From positions 1 through 53,147 of the IMG/VR virus record IMGVR_UViG_3300006793_000044: DNA of 53,147 bases; one strand, given 5' to 3'. This stretch comes from a virus (taxonomy: Duplodnaviria > Caudoviricetes). Under the pieces are notes generated by a model that was not told the origin of the DNA, made no database searches, and saw only the letters and a list, made by a program, of their open reading frames with translations. Positions 18,598 to 27,241 of this stretch are shown piece by piece (within the stretch, counting starts at the first letter, position 1; the number at the start of each line of letters is the position of its first letter). The translations under genes and the position numbers were made by a program.

Positions 18598-20724
18598 TTA
18601 ATTCAAGCTCACTTCCGACATCTCCATCCAGTTTTTTCCAACTTCCATTTCAATATCCAGAGGGATAGGCAACTTGTAGCCGAACCGTTCTTCAATCTCA
18701 TTTCCAATGTCTCGCATGGCCCAGACAGCGCATTCTTTGACCTGTTCAAGTTCCCCGGGGTAGATATCAATCACAATGCTATCATGCACGGTCAGGATCA
18801 GCTTAGAACGCAGATTACGCATTTTAAACGCTCTTAGAGCCCTCACACAGGCCAAGGGGACGATAGTCCCGGTGGCATGGCTTTGGACAGGAAAGTTAAC
18901 GATCTGGGTAGCCCCAGATACACGGCCATTTCTAAATCGTACTGCGTTTGGGAAGCTAAACTCGCGTCCGCATGGAATGCGAACTAAGCCATCCTCGATA
19001 ACGCCATCCATTAGCTTCTTATGCCACTTTTTTAGGCCAGAATAGATGTCGAAGTATGTTTTGAAGTATTCCTGTACGTGGGGGGCTTCTCCAGCCCCCA
19101 TGCCACCGTAGAGTGGCGCAAACGTGTAAGCTTTGGCAGCTTGGCGCATGGATTTAGTAACCTTATCCGCCGCACATTTATTAATAATCATTGCAGTCTG
19201 TGAATGAATGTCTTTGCCACTTTTTACATCGTCTAAGATCTGCTTATCCCCTGACAGGATCCCGGCAACGCGAAATTCTAGCTGGGAGTAATCAATCTCG
19301 CCTAATAGTCCGCCTTCAAAGCGACTAACCACAGCCTTACGCACTGGGAATTTACCGCCCTTGGGCTGGTTTTGGAAGTTGGGCCTACTAGAGCTTAGCC
19401 GACCAGTAGCAGTGGTGGTCTGATTAAAGTTTGCGTGTAGCAGACCGCTTGGCCGAGTGTGATTAGCAATGCCTTTTACAAACGAATTGAGATAAGTATT
19501 CAGAGCGTTTAATCGAGAGTATTTAGTCAGGAAGTTAATCGCCCGAGTGTTACTCTTACGCTCGGCTTGTACCAGCAATCGCTGAATAGTCATTTTGTCA
19601 GCCCGGAACCCGTTAGCTGTAGCATCAGCTGGGCCCTCGGGGATCAGCCCAAGACCCGCCTTTTTGGTGGTTGGTCTGTAGACCGCCCCAGAGCCCTCGC
19701 ACATCTTACACGCTGGCTGTCGCTTGTATGGATCTCCCTTTTTAGTGACTTTGTGCTGCTTGCCTGATCCAGAGCATAGGTCACAACGCTCTGCTATAGT
19801 CCTGTACGCCAGCTGCATGTTGCTTTTAACATGGAAGACCCACTCGCTATCAGACATCCGGGGAGGATATGTGGGACGGCCATCTGGACCTAACCCAATG
19901 TTAAACGCCTTGATAAAAGCTTTCTTATGGTAGTCACTTCTAAACTCGTACCCATAGATCAGGCGGGTCATATCCTGCCCCGAGGAGAGATTGGTGACTG
20001 TATCACCCATCACCTCGATGGTCTCTTTTTCAAGCTCTGTTTGTATTTCTTCTCGCTCATTCTCAAATAAAACACGCACTTGCGAAAGCGAATCCAGGTC
20101 GATGCAAATACCGTTTCTTTCGATCTCAATGAGAAACCAAGTCATTTCGTTCATCAGCTCAAAGGTGGGCCACAGCCCACTATTGTGCTCTTCTTTAAGG
20201 TCTGCAATTTGGGCTAGATATATTTCAGCGCAACTGATTACATCCGCCGCTGCATACTCCAAAACTATTTCTAAGGGCATCCGCTCAAAACCTACGCCCT
20301 GCGCGAACATCTCATCGATGAGTTCAGATTTTTTGCGTGTAACATTACGCCGCTCAGCTGTAGCTTTAAGACTTTTGCTTTGCTGTATGCCTCGGGCAAA
20401 AATGTACTCGCCTATCATTGTGCAATGCAGTTTCGCTGGCAGCACAAAGTCCATCTCAACCAGCCAAGTTACATCAAATTTTGTATTGTGGCACACAACT
20501 AAATCAGCCCTCAGTAAATCGTTTTGAAAAGGCTCTCGGCTATCTGGATGAGGCTGATCATTATGATACCATACGCTGTTTTTAACAGGCCCGAGGGTTT
20601 TACCATCCTCAATCATAAGCCATAACGCCATCACACAAGCATTCTCCTCATGCATGGCAGAAGGGTCCATGATGTCACCTAGAGGCGATACAGTCGTTTC
20701 TAAATCAAGGACACATACAATCAT
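18598..20724 (-). CDS. polA: Family A DNA polymerase with 3'-5' exonuclease and inserted DnaJ-like zinc finger
   Basis: DLET, HNTKFD, TATGRLSS, DYSQLEFR, R..AK...F..LYG, TVHDS; two CXXCXGXG motifs. Confidence 0.95.
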   Translation of the reverse strand: MIVCVLDLETTVSPLGDIMDPSAMHEENACVMALWLMIEDGKTLGPVKNSVWYHNDQPHPDSREPFQNDLLRADLVVCHNTKFDVTWLVEMDFVLPAKLHCTMIGEYIFARGIQQSKSLKATAERRNVTRKKSELIDEMFAQGVGFERMPLEIVLEYAAADVISCAEIYLAQIADLKEEHNSGLWPTFELMNEMTWFLIEIERNGICIDLDSLSQVRVLFENEREEIQTELEKETIEVMGDTVTNLSSGQDMTRLIYGYEFRSDYHKKAFIKAFNIGLGPDGRPTYPPRMSDSEWVFHVKSNMQLAYRTIAERCDLCSGSGKQHKVTKKGDPYKRQPACKMCEGSGAVYRPTTKKAGLGLIPEGPADATANGFRADKMTIQRLLVQAERKSNTRAINFLTKYSRLNALNTYLNSFVKGIANHTRPSGLLHANFNQTTTATGRLSSSRPNFQNQPKGGKFPVRKAVVSRFEGGLLGEIDYSQLEFRVAGILSGDKQILDDVKSGKDIHSQTAMIINKCAADKVTKSMRQAAKAYTFAPLYGGMGAGEAPHVQEYFKTYFDIYSGLKKWHKKLMDGVIEDGLVRIPCGREFSFPNAVRFRNGRVSGATQIVNFPVQSHATGTIVPLACVRALRAFKMRNLRSKLILTVHDSIVIDIYPGELEQVKECAVWAMRDIGNEIEERFGYKLPIPLDIEMEVGKNWMEMSEVSLN

Positions 20725-21929
20725 GCCTCATACCTCGCTATGTCGGCATCGAGGCTACAGACAACTTGCCCATGCCACCCGGTCAGTTTGTTCTTGGAAA
20801 CAGTGAGTGTCCGCATAGGATCGAGCGGAGTGCCTGATTTAGAGATACCGATGATGAAGTCGGCTTCAGCAGCCTTACCAATCTTGGAACCTTCCATGTG
20901 GGTGTAGTCAAGATAGCTTACATTTGTGGCTGAATTTGATGCTTGCGAAACGCCTATTAAGGCACAATCGTAGCGCTTTGCTGTCTCTCGAAGACGCCTA
21001 TAAAGCTCTCGTAATCTCTCATGCGTGGCAGCGAAGTTACCAGAGATATGAACCTTGTCAGCCTGATCCACCCAAACCACTGCAGGTTTCTCTTTTTTAA
21101 TGTAACGCTCGATCATGGTAAGATCCCAATCTTGCGCTCCTCGGGCCTCAAAGAGGCCTTGTGTTTGCTCTAAGAATGCGGCTTGAGCTTCTGTCTGATA
21201 CTGCTCTATGCGTTTATCGTCCCAGCCTGTGACTGATTGATAGGCGCGTTGCAAAGTACGATCTATTGCTTCCTCATTGCCTAGCACCAACGTCTTATAC
21301 CCGTTTTCAGTAAAACCCCCCGGGCCTACAGACAAACTGACTACAAAGCTTGTTTTCCCGGCATTTGGTACGGCAAAGACAACACCAAATTCTTTTCGGC
21401 CCACACCCGGAAGGTGCCGCGCTAACGTGGAGATATTAAAGGGTATGACAGCATTATTAAACTTTGAGGCAAATACGTCTTCAACAAGTAAACTAGCCTT
21501 CGGGCCAAACTCGTCCTCGTAATAGCCCTCAAGGCCAAGCTCAGCTAAATCCAATACCTCAGACAATGCGCTGGAATTGCCTTCGGCAATCTCAAGCCCT
21601 TTGTTTGCAATCTTCTTACCGAGATCTCGCATGTGCAACAGCTTAATAGTGTCAGCTACCATTGCTGGATTGAGCTCATCAGCGTAGCTGATTGAGCGGA
21701 TCAAGTTCTCAGCTTCTTCAGTAAAAGCCCGAGTGGCTACCGGGTGCTGCACTTTCCACAACATGATCAGTTCAGCTGTGGTAATGTCCGTTTCGTATTT
21801 CTCATGGGCTTTTTTTAGTATGCGATAAAGCGTTTTCAGTTCATCTCCAAAAAGAGATTCGTTGAGCTTACTTGCGTTCTCCATGTAAAATTCATGGTTA
21901 CACAAACTCCGTATAATTGATAAATCCAA
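20721..21929 (-). CDS. DnaB-like (SF4) replicative helicase
   Basis: Walker A AVPNAGKT, GNEE, VDQADK, GVSQ, KNKLTG; TTG start. Confidence 0.9.
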   Translation of the reverse strand: MDLSIIRSLCNHEFYMENASKLNESLFGDELKTLYRILKKAHEKYETDITTAELIMLWKVQHPVATRAFTEEAENLIRSISYADELNPAMVADTIKLLHMRDLGKKIANKGLEIAEGNSSALSEVLDLAELGLEGYYEDEFGPKASLLVEDVFASKFNNAVIPFNISTLARHLPGVGRKEFGVVFAVPNAGKTSFVVSLSVGPGGFTENGYKTLVLGNEEAIDRTLQRAYQSVTGWDDKRIEQYQTEAQAAFLEQTQGLFEARGAQDWDLTMIERYIKKEKPAVVWVDQADKVHISGNFAATHERLRELYRRLRETAKRYDCALIGVSQASNSATNVSYLDYTHMEGSKIGKAAEADFIIGISKSGTPLDPMRTLTVSKNKLTGWHGQVVCSLDADIARYEA

Positions 21930-21990
21930 GCTTTGACCCCTACAGTGTGAGCTACTAAGGTAGCTTTCATAACACAGTGAGGCCGAATCA

Positions 21991-22020
21991 AAAAGCCCCC
22001 GCTGAGTGGCGAGGGCTATT
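21991..22020 (-). terminator. Probable terminator
   Basis: AGCCCTCGC/GCGGGGGCT stem followed by U run on the minus strand. Confidence 0.6.
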
Positions 22021-22039
22021 TATTTTAATCTTAGATAAT

Positions 22040-22243
22040 TTAAGAGGTACGGATTTTAAGCTTACGCAAGTCTGGTTTTTGATCCCCCCGGCGCTCTTTG
22101 ATGTCACACTGGAAATAGGTAACCCTGTTGTTACCCCTTACGAGCTCTTCCATTGCAGTTTGTAAGCGCTTTTGCTCTTCGGCGGCGTCCATAAATCCAT
22201 TAGGTAGATCATAGTCTACCAAGATTAATCCTCTAGCTTTCAC
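22040..22243 (-). CDS. Hypothetical protein
   Basis: GTG start with purine-rich RBS; followed by terminator. Confidence 0.65.
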   Translation of the reverse strand: MKARGLILVDYDLPNGFMDAAEEQKRLQTAMEELVRGNNRVTYFQCDIKERRGDQKPDLRKLKIRTS

Positions 22244-22556
22244 GTTTTTGTCTCTTTCCTAATTAATTTTATCAGCCAGCGACCCAACGTGCATTGTTTC
22301 CATGTCTAGGCATCCAATCGTCTTGGTCGCATTATTTCGAAGTTGTTTCAAAATTGATACGCTTAACGGTGGGGCTATTGGTCCGTTCGCCCAAACGGTG
22401 GTTGCGCCACATGCTGCAACAGAGGGCGTAGTAATCGCCGATAACGCCAACATACGTTGCATAGCTTGTTTTGCTGGAGTTGATTGCCGACCACAACTAA
22501 CGTAGGCTGTGTGTCGCTGATCTAACAAAGGAGGCGATATTTTACGTGTTCGCATA

Positions 22557-23351
22557 CTAACGTGTCTCCCACACTGCCAATGTTGTCTTAATTTGATCTT
22601 CATTAAGATACTTTAGATCTTCCGTTAAGTAACGCACTCTAGTCTTTACTCTTGATTCTAGCTGACTTGCCAAATCTACACTCTTTCTTGATGCGTCCTG
22701 ATCTAATGCCACAACTACTTCCTCATAGCACGTTAACTGATGTATCATTACTGGTGATAATCTAGTTCCAAGTAAAGCGCAACCAGAACAAAATGGCAAC
22801 CTGCTCACGGAGCAAGCTGACGCTATGTCTTCTACAACCACAAGGATACTTCCATTACCAACAATCGAGGGCCTATCCATAATGCCATACTCTAGCCATT
22901 TTGGCTTGTCAGGGCCCAAGGCCCTGCCTACAGCGGAGTACTTATCATTAGGTAAAGAGAATAAAACCCGGTCAACTGCCGGGGCATATCTAATATGTAT
23001 CAGGCCACTTTCATGGGCCTCATAGCAATGGTTATCTTTCAAGTATTGGATCACTGCCGGGTGGGCACCCGGCGCAGATAACACCCTCGGTAAATCTCTA
23101 CTATTTTGTGATATTGAAACCATCCTATCTCCCCCCAGCTTCGCTTTTATGGCATTTGTTGAATACCCTACAGACTTGCTACCTTTGACGCCACAGCTGG
23201 CCCTAAAACAGCCCCACAAGCGCTTACCGTCTTTCCTAGTAATAGAGAAGGTCTTGCTGCCCCCACAAAAGGGGCAGTCAATGCGTTTAGTTTCGTTTTC
23301 CCGGAGCTCAATTGGCTCTAAAAGGCTAAGTTGATCACGGTAGCTGTACAT
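22557..23351 (-). CDS. DNA primase (zinc finger + TOPRIM)
   Basis: CPFC...CFRASC zinc finger; VVEDIASA and ALDQDA TOPRIM motifs. Confidence 0.9.
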   Translation of the reverse strand: MYSYRDQLSLLEPIELRENETKRIDCPFCGGSKTFSITRKDGKRLWGCFRASCGVKGSKSVGYSTNAIKAKLGGDRMVSISQNSRDLPRVLSAPGAHPAVIQYLKDNHCYEAHESGLIHIRYAPAVDRVLFSLPNDKYSAVGRALGPDKPKWLEYGIMDRPSIVGNGSILVVVEDIASACSVSRLPFCSGCALLGTRLSPVMIHQLTCYEEVVVALDQDASRKSVDLASQLESRVKTRVRYLTEDLKYLNEDQIKTTLAVWETR

Positions 23352-23451
23352 GTAGTTATTTTACCTCTTTACCTACCTCTACAATGGTAATAGTACCATA
23401 ACATGCCCTATTTTAGAGGCTAAGTCATTGATGACAAACGATAAATCAATT

Positions 23452-23490
23452 ACCTGAAGGTCGTAGGTTCAAATCCTACTCCCGCAACCA
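23452..23490 (+). other. attP core: 3' part of a tRNA-fMet(CAT) gene
   Basis: ACCTGAAGGTCGTAGGTTCAAATCCTACTCCCGCAACCA gives variable loop, T-arm, 3' acceptor strand and CCA; no 5' half. Confidence 0.85.
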
Positions 23491-23620
23491 ACGTAATAAT
23501 ATCAATGGGTTACGGCCCGGTACATGAGAATAAGCTGCCGTTTCATGTACCAGTACTTTGTACATTTCTGTACATGCTTACTACTTTAGGTGAGTTTTTA
23601 GCTATAAGCATAGTGTTACC

Positions 23621-23803
23621 TTAAGGCTGCTTTGATTCGTTTTGCAGTGTTTCTTGTGCCCACGCCATAGCGGTGCAGATATCGTTCCACTGTTCATCAT
23701 GCATTTCATCACCCTCGGGTATGCAATCTTCACGATATCCTTGCAGCGCATCCCAGATAGTATTAAGCCAACTTTCTGTGTTAGATTTTGTAAGCTCAGT
23801 CAT
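23621..23803 (-). CDS. Conserved phage hypothetical protein
   Basis: WDALQGYREDCIPE...QWNDICTAMAW; ATG at 23803 after GGAG. Confidence 0.7.
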   Translation of the reverse strand: MTELTKSNTESWLNTIWDALQGYREDCIPEGDEMHDEQWNDICTAMAWAQETLQNESKQP

Positions 23804-24011
23804 CAGCTTGCTCCTCAAAAACTAGCCCCGTTGTATGCTCGTATAATATACCCGCTACGATTTCGGTGGCATCTGCACTTGATGTAACGTCAAACGCTTC
23901 AAAGAAATCTATATTCAAGGCATAGGTCGCTGCAGCTATCATCTCGACGTTAGTCGTGCTGGTTTTACGTGCTTCCGTAAGGGCTGCAATGATGGTTTCT
24001 TTATTAGTCAT
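23796..24011 (-). CDS. Hypothetical protein
   Basis: Coupled ORF flanked by 17 bp direct repeats. Confidence 0.6.
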   Translation of the reverse strand: MTNKETIIAALTEARKTSTTNVEMIAAATYALNIDFFEAFDVTSSADATEIVAGILYEHTTGLVFEEQADD

Positions 24012-24238
24012 CAGCTTGCTCCCCAAGTTAGAACCACACCCACATTTGATAGGCTACCGCCTTGTGGGCGATAAGCTGCACCAATCCAATCAGCATCCCC
24101 ACCAGTGCGTACAACCCTCCAACCTGTGCTACATTTATACCCATAAGTCCGTAGGGTCTTTAGTTCTGAGCTGGTCAGATTTCGCCCCTTGCCGCCCATA
24201 GGTATCGAGCTGTTTAAAATATCTAGTCGTTCTGCCAT
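24011..24238 (-). CDS. Hypothetical protein
   Basis: GGAG RBS; coupled ORF. Confidence 0.55.
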   Translation of the reverse strand: MAERLDILNSSIPMGGKGRNLTSSELKTLRTYGYKCSTGWRVVRTGGDADWIGAAYRPQGGSLSNVGVVLTWGAS

Positions 24239-24353
24239 TTCTTACTCCTTTTCCCTCTTTTATCCGTTTCATTGCACACACACCACATGTGTATGTACCG
24301 TCAGGCTCACGTATCACAGCTGCAGCTGGGCATGTACCGCACTTAATCGTCAC
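24135..24353 (-). CDS. Small zinc-ribbon protein
   Basis: CGTC...CGVC motif; likely GTG start at 24353. Confidence 0.45.
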   Translation of the reverse strand: MTIKCGTCPAAAVIREPDGTYTCGVCAMKRIKEGKGVRNGRTTRYFKQLDTYGRQGAKSDQLRTKDPTDLWV

Positions 24354-24547
24354 ACCCCTGTACCCATCCACAATTTAAGCTCAGCTTGTGCTTTGCTAAG
24401 TTTAATATCAAGAGCTTTGGCTTTCCTTTCCCAATGCTCTTCGCTTGCCCTTAAAGATCTGATCTCTTTAGTGAGCTTATCGATCTCCAGCTGATAGAAT
24501 TGATCTTTATGAGTCATTAGCAAACTTTCTTTGCTCGAGTGCGTCAA
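24350..24547 (-). CDS. Small coiled-coil protein
   Basis: Heptad-rich ORF in the same operon; start uncertain. Confidence 0.55.
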   Translation of the reverse strand: MTHSSKESLLMTHKDQFYQLEIDKLTKEIRSLRASEEHWERKAKALDIKLSKAQAELKLWMGTGV

Positions 24548-24746
24548 AGGCTAATGAGAGGCAGCGCAGCTGCTCTCCCATGCCCTTCTGCACAGACCCG
24601 GTAAATAGGGCCTTGCGGGTTCCTACAGGGGCTTCACCAGCTATAAGCGCAAAGGTAGCGTTACCTCGATGAGGATCCTCTGACAGTTCGAATGTAACAT
24701 GGCCCACAGACCATTGCTCACGCTTGATTGCTCTGCTTGTACTCAT
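24507..24746 (-). CDS. Hypothetical protein
   Basis: ATGA overlap with upstream gene. Confidence 0.6.
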   Translation of the reverse strand: MSTSRAIKREQWSVGHVTFELSEDPHRGNATFALIAGEAPVGTRKALFTGSVQKGMGEQLRCLSLAFDALEQRKFANDS

Positions 24747-25099
24747 GCTGCTAATGCTTCCTTTCCAATTTGTGTTATTGCGTACCCAGTGGATGGTCTT
24801 TCACCAACTTTGAAAGCCAACGATTTGTTCGTTAGAGCAGACAGCATTGATGAAGCTGCGCGGTGGTGGCAATTAAGCTCCCCGGCAATCTCTTTTGCGT
24901 TGCGAGGCGCAACATTGAGTATCTCAAGAATATTCCTTGCAAAGTTACCCAATGGTGCCTTGGGGCGGTGTTGAATATCACATGGCAGAGGCCCTCTGAG
25001 GGGCTTGCCATCGATGCCTTTAGTGTTGTGCTGAAGCCTCTCAAAGGCCAACATATCTTGTGACAACTGCTCGTCACGTTTAGCAATTAAATCTTTCAT
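24743..25099 (-). CDS. Winged-helix (MarR-like) DNA-binding protein
   Basis: AKEIAGELNCHHRAASSMLSAL...GYAITQIGKEAL pattern. Confidence 0.65.
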   Translation of the reverse strand: MKDLIAKRDEQLSQDMLAFERLQHNTKGIDGKPLRGPLPCDIQHRPKAPLGNFARNILEILNVAPRNAKEIAGELNCHHRAASSMLSALTNKSLAFKVGERPSTGYAITQIGKEALAA

Positions 25100-25255
25100 T
25101 CAGTGATCCACCTCATATTCTTCGCCCACAGACATGGCTGCACGAATGTGATTTAGCCGCTCTATCGTTTCGATACCGTGGTATGTCTCGCCAAACTGTT
25201 TGGCATCAGCTTGAGTACCAGCCCATTTGCCTAGCCCGTTTGAATATAGTTTCAT
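25100..25255 (-). CDS. 51 aa hypothetical protein (not in ORF track)
   Basis: MKLYSNGLGKWAGTQADAK...; preceded by AAGGAGAACGACCA. Confidence 0.7.
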   Translation of the reverse strand: MKLYSNGLGKWAGTQADAKQFGETYHGIETIERLNHIRAAMSVGEEYEVDH

Positions 25256-25276
25256 TGGTCGTTCTCCTTTGGGGTA

Positions 25277-26413
25277 TTAATCGCCATACACTTTGTTAAT
25301 TATTTGATTGGCTCGTTTTTTAGAGCGGTGAAGATACGGGGAAAGGCCCTCACGGGTCATGTGGCCAGTGACCGCCATCATCTGATCTTCAGTGGCGTCT
25401 CGATCAGCTATGTAACTGATGCCACTGCGTCTAAAATCCCCAAAGCGAATGGATTGCGGGAGCCCTACCTCGTCCATCACCTTGCGAGCGTCATGGTAGT
25501 AATAACGATCATAAGGCTGCAGAAATTTGTCGCTAAGAAAGATAAAATTAGTCACGCTAGGTGGACGTATCCTTTTAGCGATCTCATGCACCTCACGGTG
25601 CCATTTAATGCGCTCTCGAAGCTCTCTTGGCAGCTCGAACCAGCATTCTGCCCCAGTTTTCTCTTGAGTAAAATCAAGATTAATCAGGCCCTCGGTATCT
25701 ACCCGTAAATGGTTATCATTTATGTTGTCCCATTTAAGCTGTCGTATATCTCCGGGACGCTGGCATAGGCGGAAGCAGAACAAAGCCATAGACCCCAAAG
25801 TGTAGTTGTAGGTATTATCTGCGTGTTTCACAAAATCTAACAACTGGCGATCTGTCCACGCAGCCTTACGTGGTTTTGGTTTCGCCACCCGTTGGTTCTG
25901 CCAAGGGTTGAGTTCCACACCACAAGTGTCATCCTCATCCTGCAGAGCTACGTTCCAAATCAAGCGCAATATTTTACATAATGTGTAGGCACTATTACCA
26001 TCCTCAGTCGCAGCAAAATGATTAATAAATAACCTAGCAGACTTACGTGTTACATTAGTTATGGCCATATCACCGAATTTACTACCGTCCGGGAGATGTC
26101 TGCTTTCAGATGACTTTTTCATCTGCCCTAAATAACTGGTCTTACTGTTTTCCTTGATTGTCCTAAATTCTTGAGTAGTGATATACCACTTGAACAGATC
26201 ATCTACAGTTTCTGCTGAAACGGTACTAAACGATTGTTTATAAACAGATGTTTTTCGTCTTTCAACCTCTTCGGCAAAGGCCAAAGCATCCGTTTCAGTA
26301 TTAAATGTCGATGTGCTTAAACCCGTAGATTTTTTTACATCTGCTGGTAATTGAACAATGTACGCAAACGTACCATCACGCCGTTCACGTACTTTTGGCC
26401 TAATTTTTGACAT
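25277..26413 (-). CDS. int: Tyrosine recombinase/integrase
   Basis: QRPGDI, QEKT, DFRRSG, TGH, catalytic Tyr in SPYLH. Confidence 0.9.
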   Translation of the reverse strand: MSKIRPKVRERRDGTFAYIVQLPADVKKSTGLSTSTFNTETDALAFAEEVERRKTSVYKQSFSTVSAETVDDLFKWYITTQEFRTIKENSKTSYLGQMKKSSESRHLPDGSKFGDMAITNVTRKSARLFINHFAATEDGNSAYTLCKILRLIWNVALQDEDDTCGVELNPWQNQRVAKPKPRKAAWTDRQLLDFVKHADNTYNYTLGSMALFCFRLCQRPGDIRQLKWDNINDNHLRVDTEGLINLDFTQEKTGAECWFELPRELRERIKWHREVHEIAKRIRPPSVTNFIFLSDKFLQPYDRYYYHDARKVMDEVGLPQSIRFGDFRRSGISYIADRDATEDQMMAVTGHMTREGLSPYLHRSKKRANQIINKVYGD

Positions 26414-26625
26414 ATTTTCATCTCCTCTTGGTCGCAGACTCTTACATTAGTAGCTACCTGAGTCAGATGTCAAATGAAAAATAAAATTCACTAAGGTATT
26501 TACAAATGTACCTAAGAGCAGTACCCTGCGAGGGTCTTAGCCCGAGCTATACCTATATAGACTTGCTTTTTAGGCCCACCGCCCCTGAAGGGCGGTTGGC
26601 CCCCAATAAAATACATACAAAGCAA

Positions 26626-26650
26626 TAAAAAAGGGCCCCAAAGGGCCCCT
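26626..26650 (-). terminator. Terminator (minus strand)
   Basis: GGGCCC/GGGCCC stem with A run on plus strand, i.e. U run on minus. Confidence 0.65.
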
Positions 26651-26661
26651 AATTTGATATA

Positions 26662-26835
26662 TTAATGATCTTTATCAGGAGGATCATTTTCATCAGCTAA
26701 TCTATCAATATAAAGTGTCGGATTAGGCTCATCCTTCATTTCATATATAGCGTTGGCCGCTTGGGAGGTTTGAAATGGATCTTCTAGAAAGTTTATGGCG
26801 TCAGCCCGTGATTTAAACAGCACAGTCGTAGTCAA
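26662..26835 (-). CDS. 57 aa acidic hypothetical protein (not in ORF track)
   Basis: TTG start after GAGGGG; MTTTVLFKSRADAINF...; followed by terminator. Confidence 0.45.
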   Translation of the reverse strand: MTTTVLFKSRADAINFLEDPFQTSQAANAIYEMKDEPNPTLYIDRLADENDPPDKDH

Positions 26836-26949
26836 CGATATTACCCCTCAGTACCTAGTAAGACTTCGGCATACAATGTTACCGCAATCAAAACAAGCGT
26901 CGAGTCATAATTATTTTCACGCGCGTCTTGTATAGTAGTAGGAATTAAT

Positions 26950-27030
26950 GTAGTAGTTGTGTACCCGAAAGGGCATTGCACTACTCCTCCCCTACTTGCC
27001 CTCCCAGTTCCCAGCTGGGGGGGTTTTTTT
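26950..27030 (+). ncRNA. Putative sRNA with anti-SD CUCCUCCCC motif
   Basis: CCC-GAAA-GGG GNRA hairpin, single-stranded CUCCUCCCCU, strong terminator with T run, no ORF. Confidence 0.5.
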
Positions 27031-27241
27031 GTTCACGCACGTCTTTTCCACATAAATCAAAGATAAAACAGGTACTTAATATTAATGTGATATTAGTATG
27101 CAAACAAACACAAATCAGAAAATAACTGATTAAATTACTTTTTGATGTCGTTATTAATCCTTTGACTCTGCTTATCTAATGTATTTTAAAGAGCTTAGGG
27201 TCTCGCAAGCCCGATTAAAACTAATACGGAGAACGACCATA

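Noticed and set aside
22259-22603. 114 aa minus-strand ORF between primase and ORF 22040
   Set aside because: No recognisable motif or convincing RBS; coding status cannot be supported. The region may be a non-coding leader.
23420-23490. Complete tRNA gene
   Set aside because: Only the 3' half is present; no D-arm, 5' acceptor strand or intact anticodon arm. Interpreted as attP.
27179-27241. N-terminal extensions given by the ORF track (also 7209, 17062, 30382, 46245)
   Set aside because: Downstream ATGs with a clear RBS or translational coupling are better starts.
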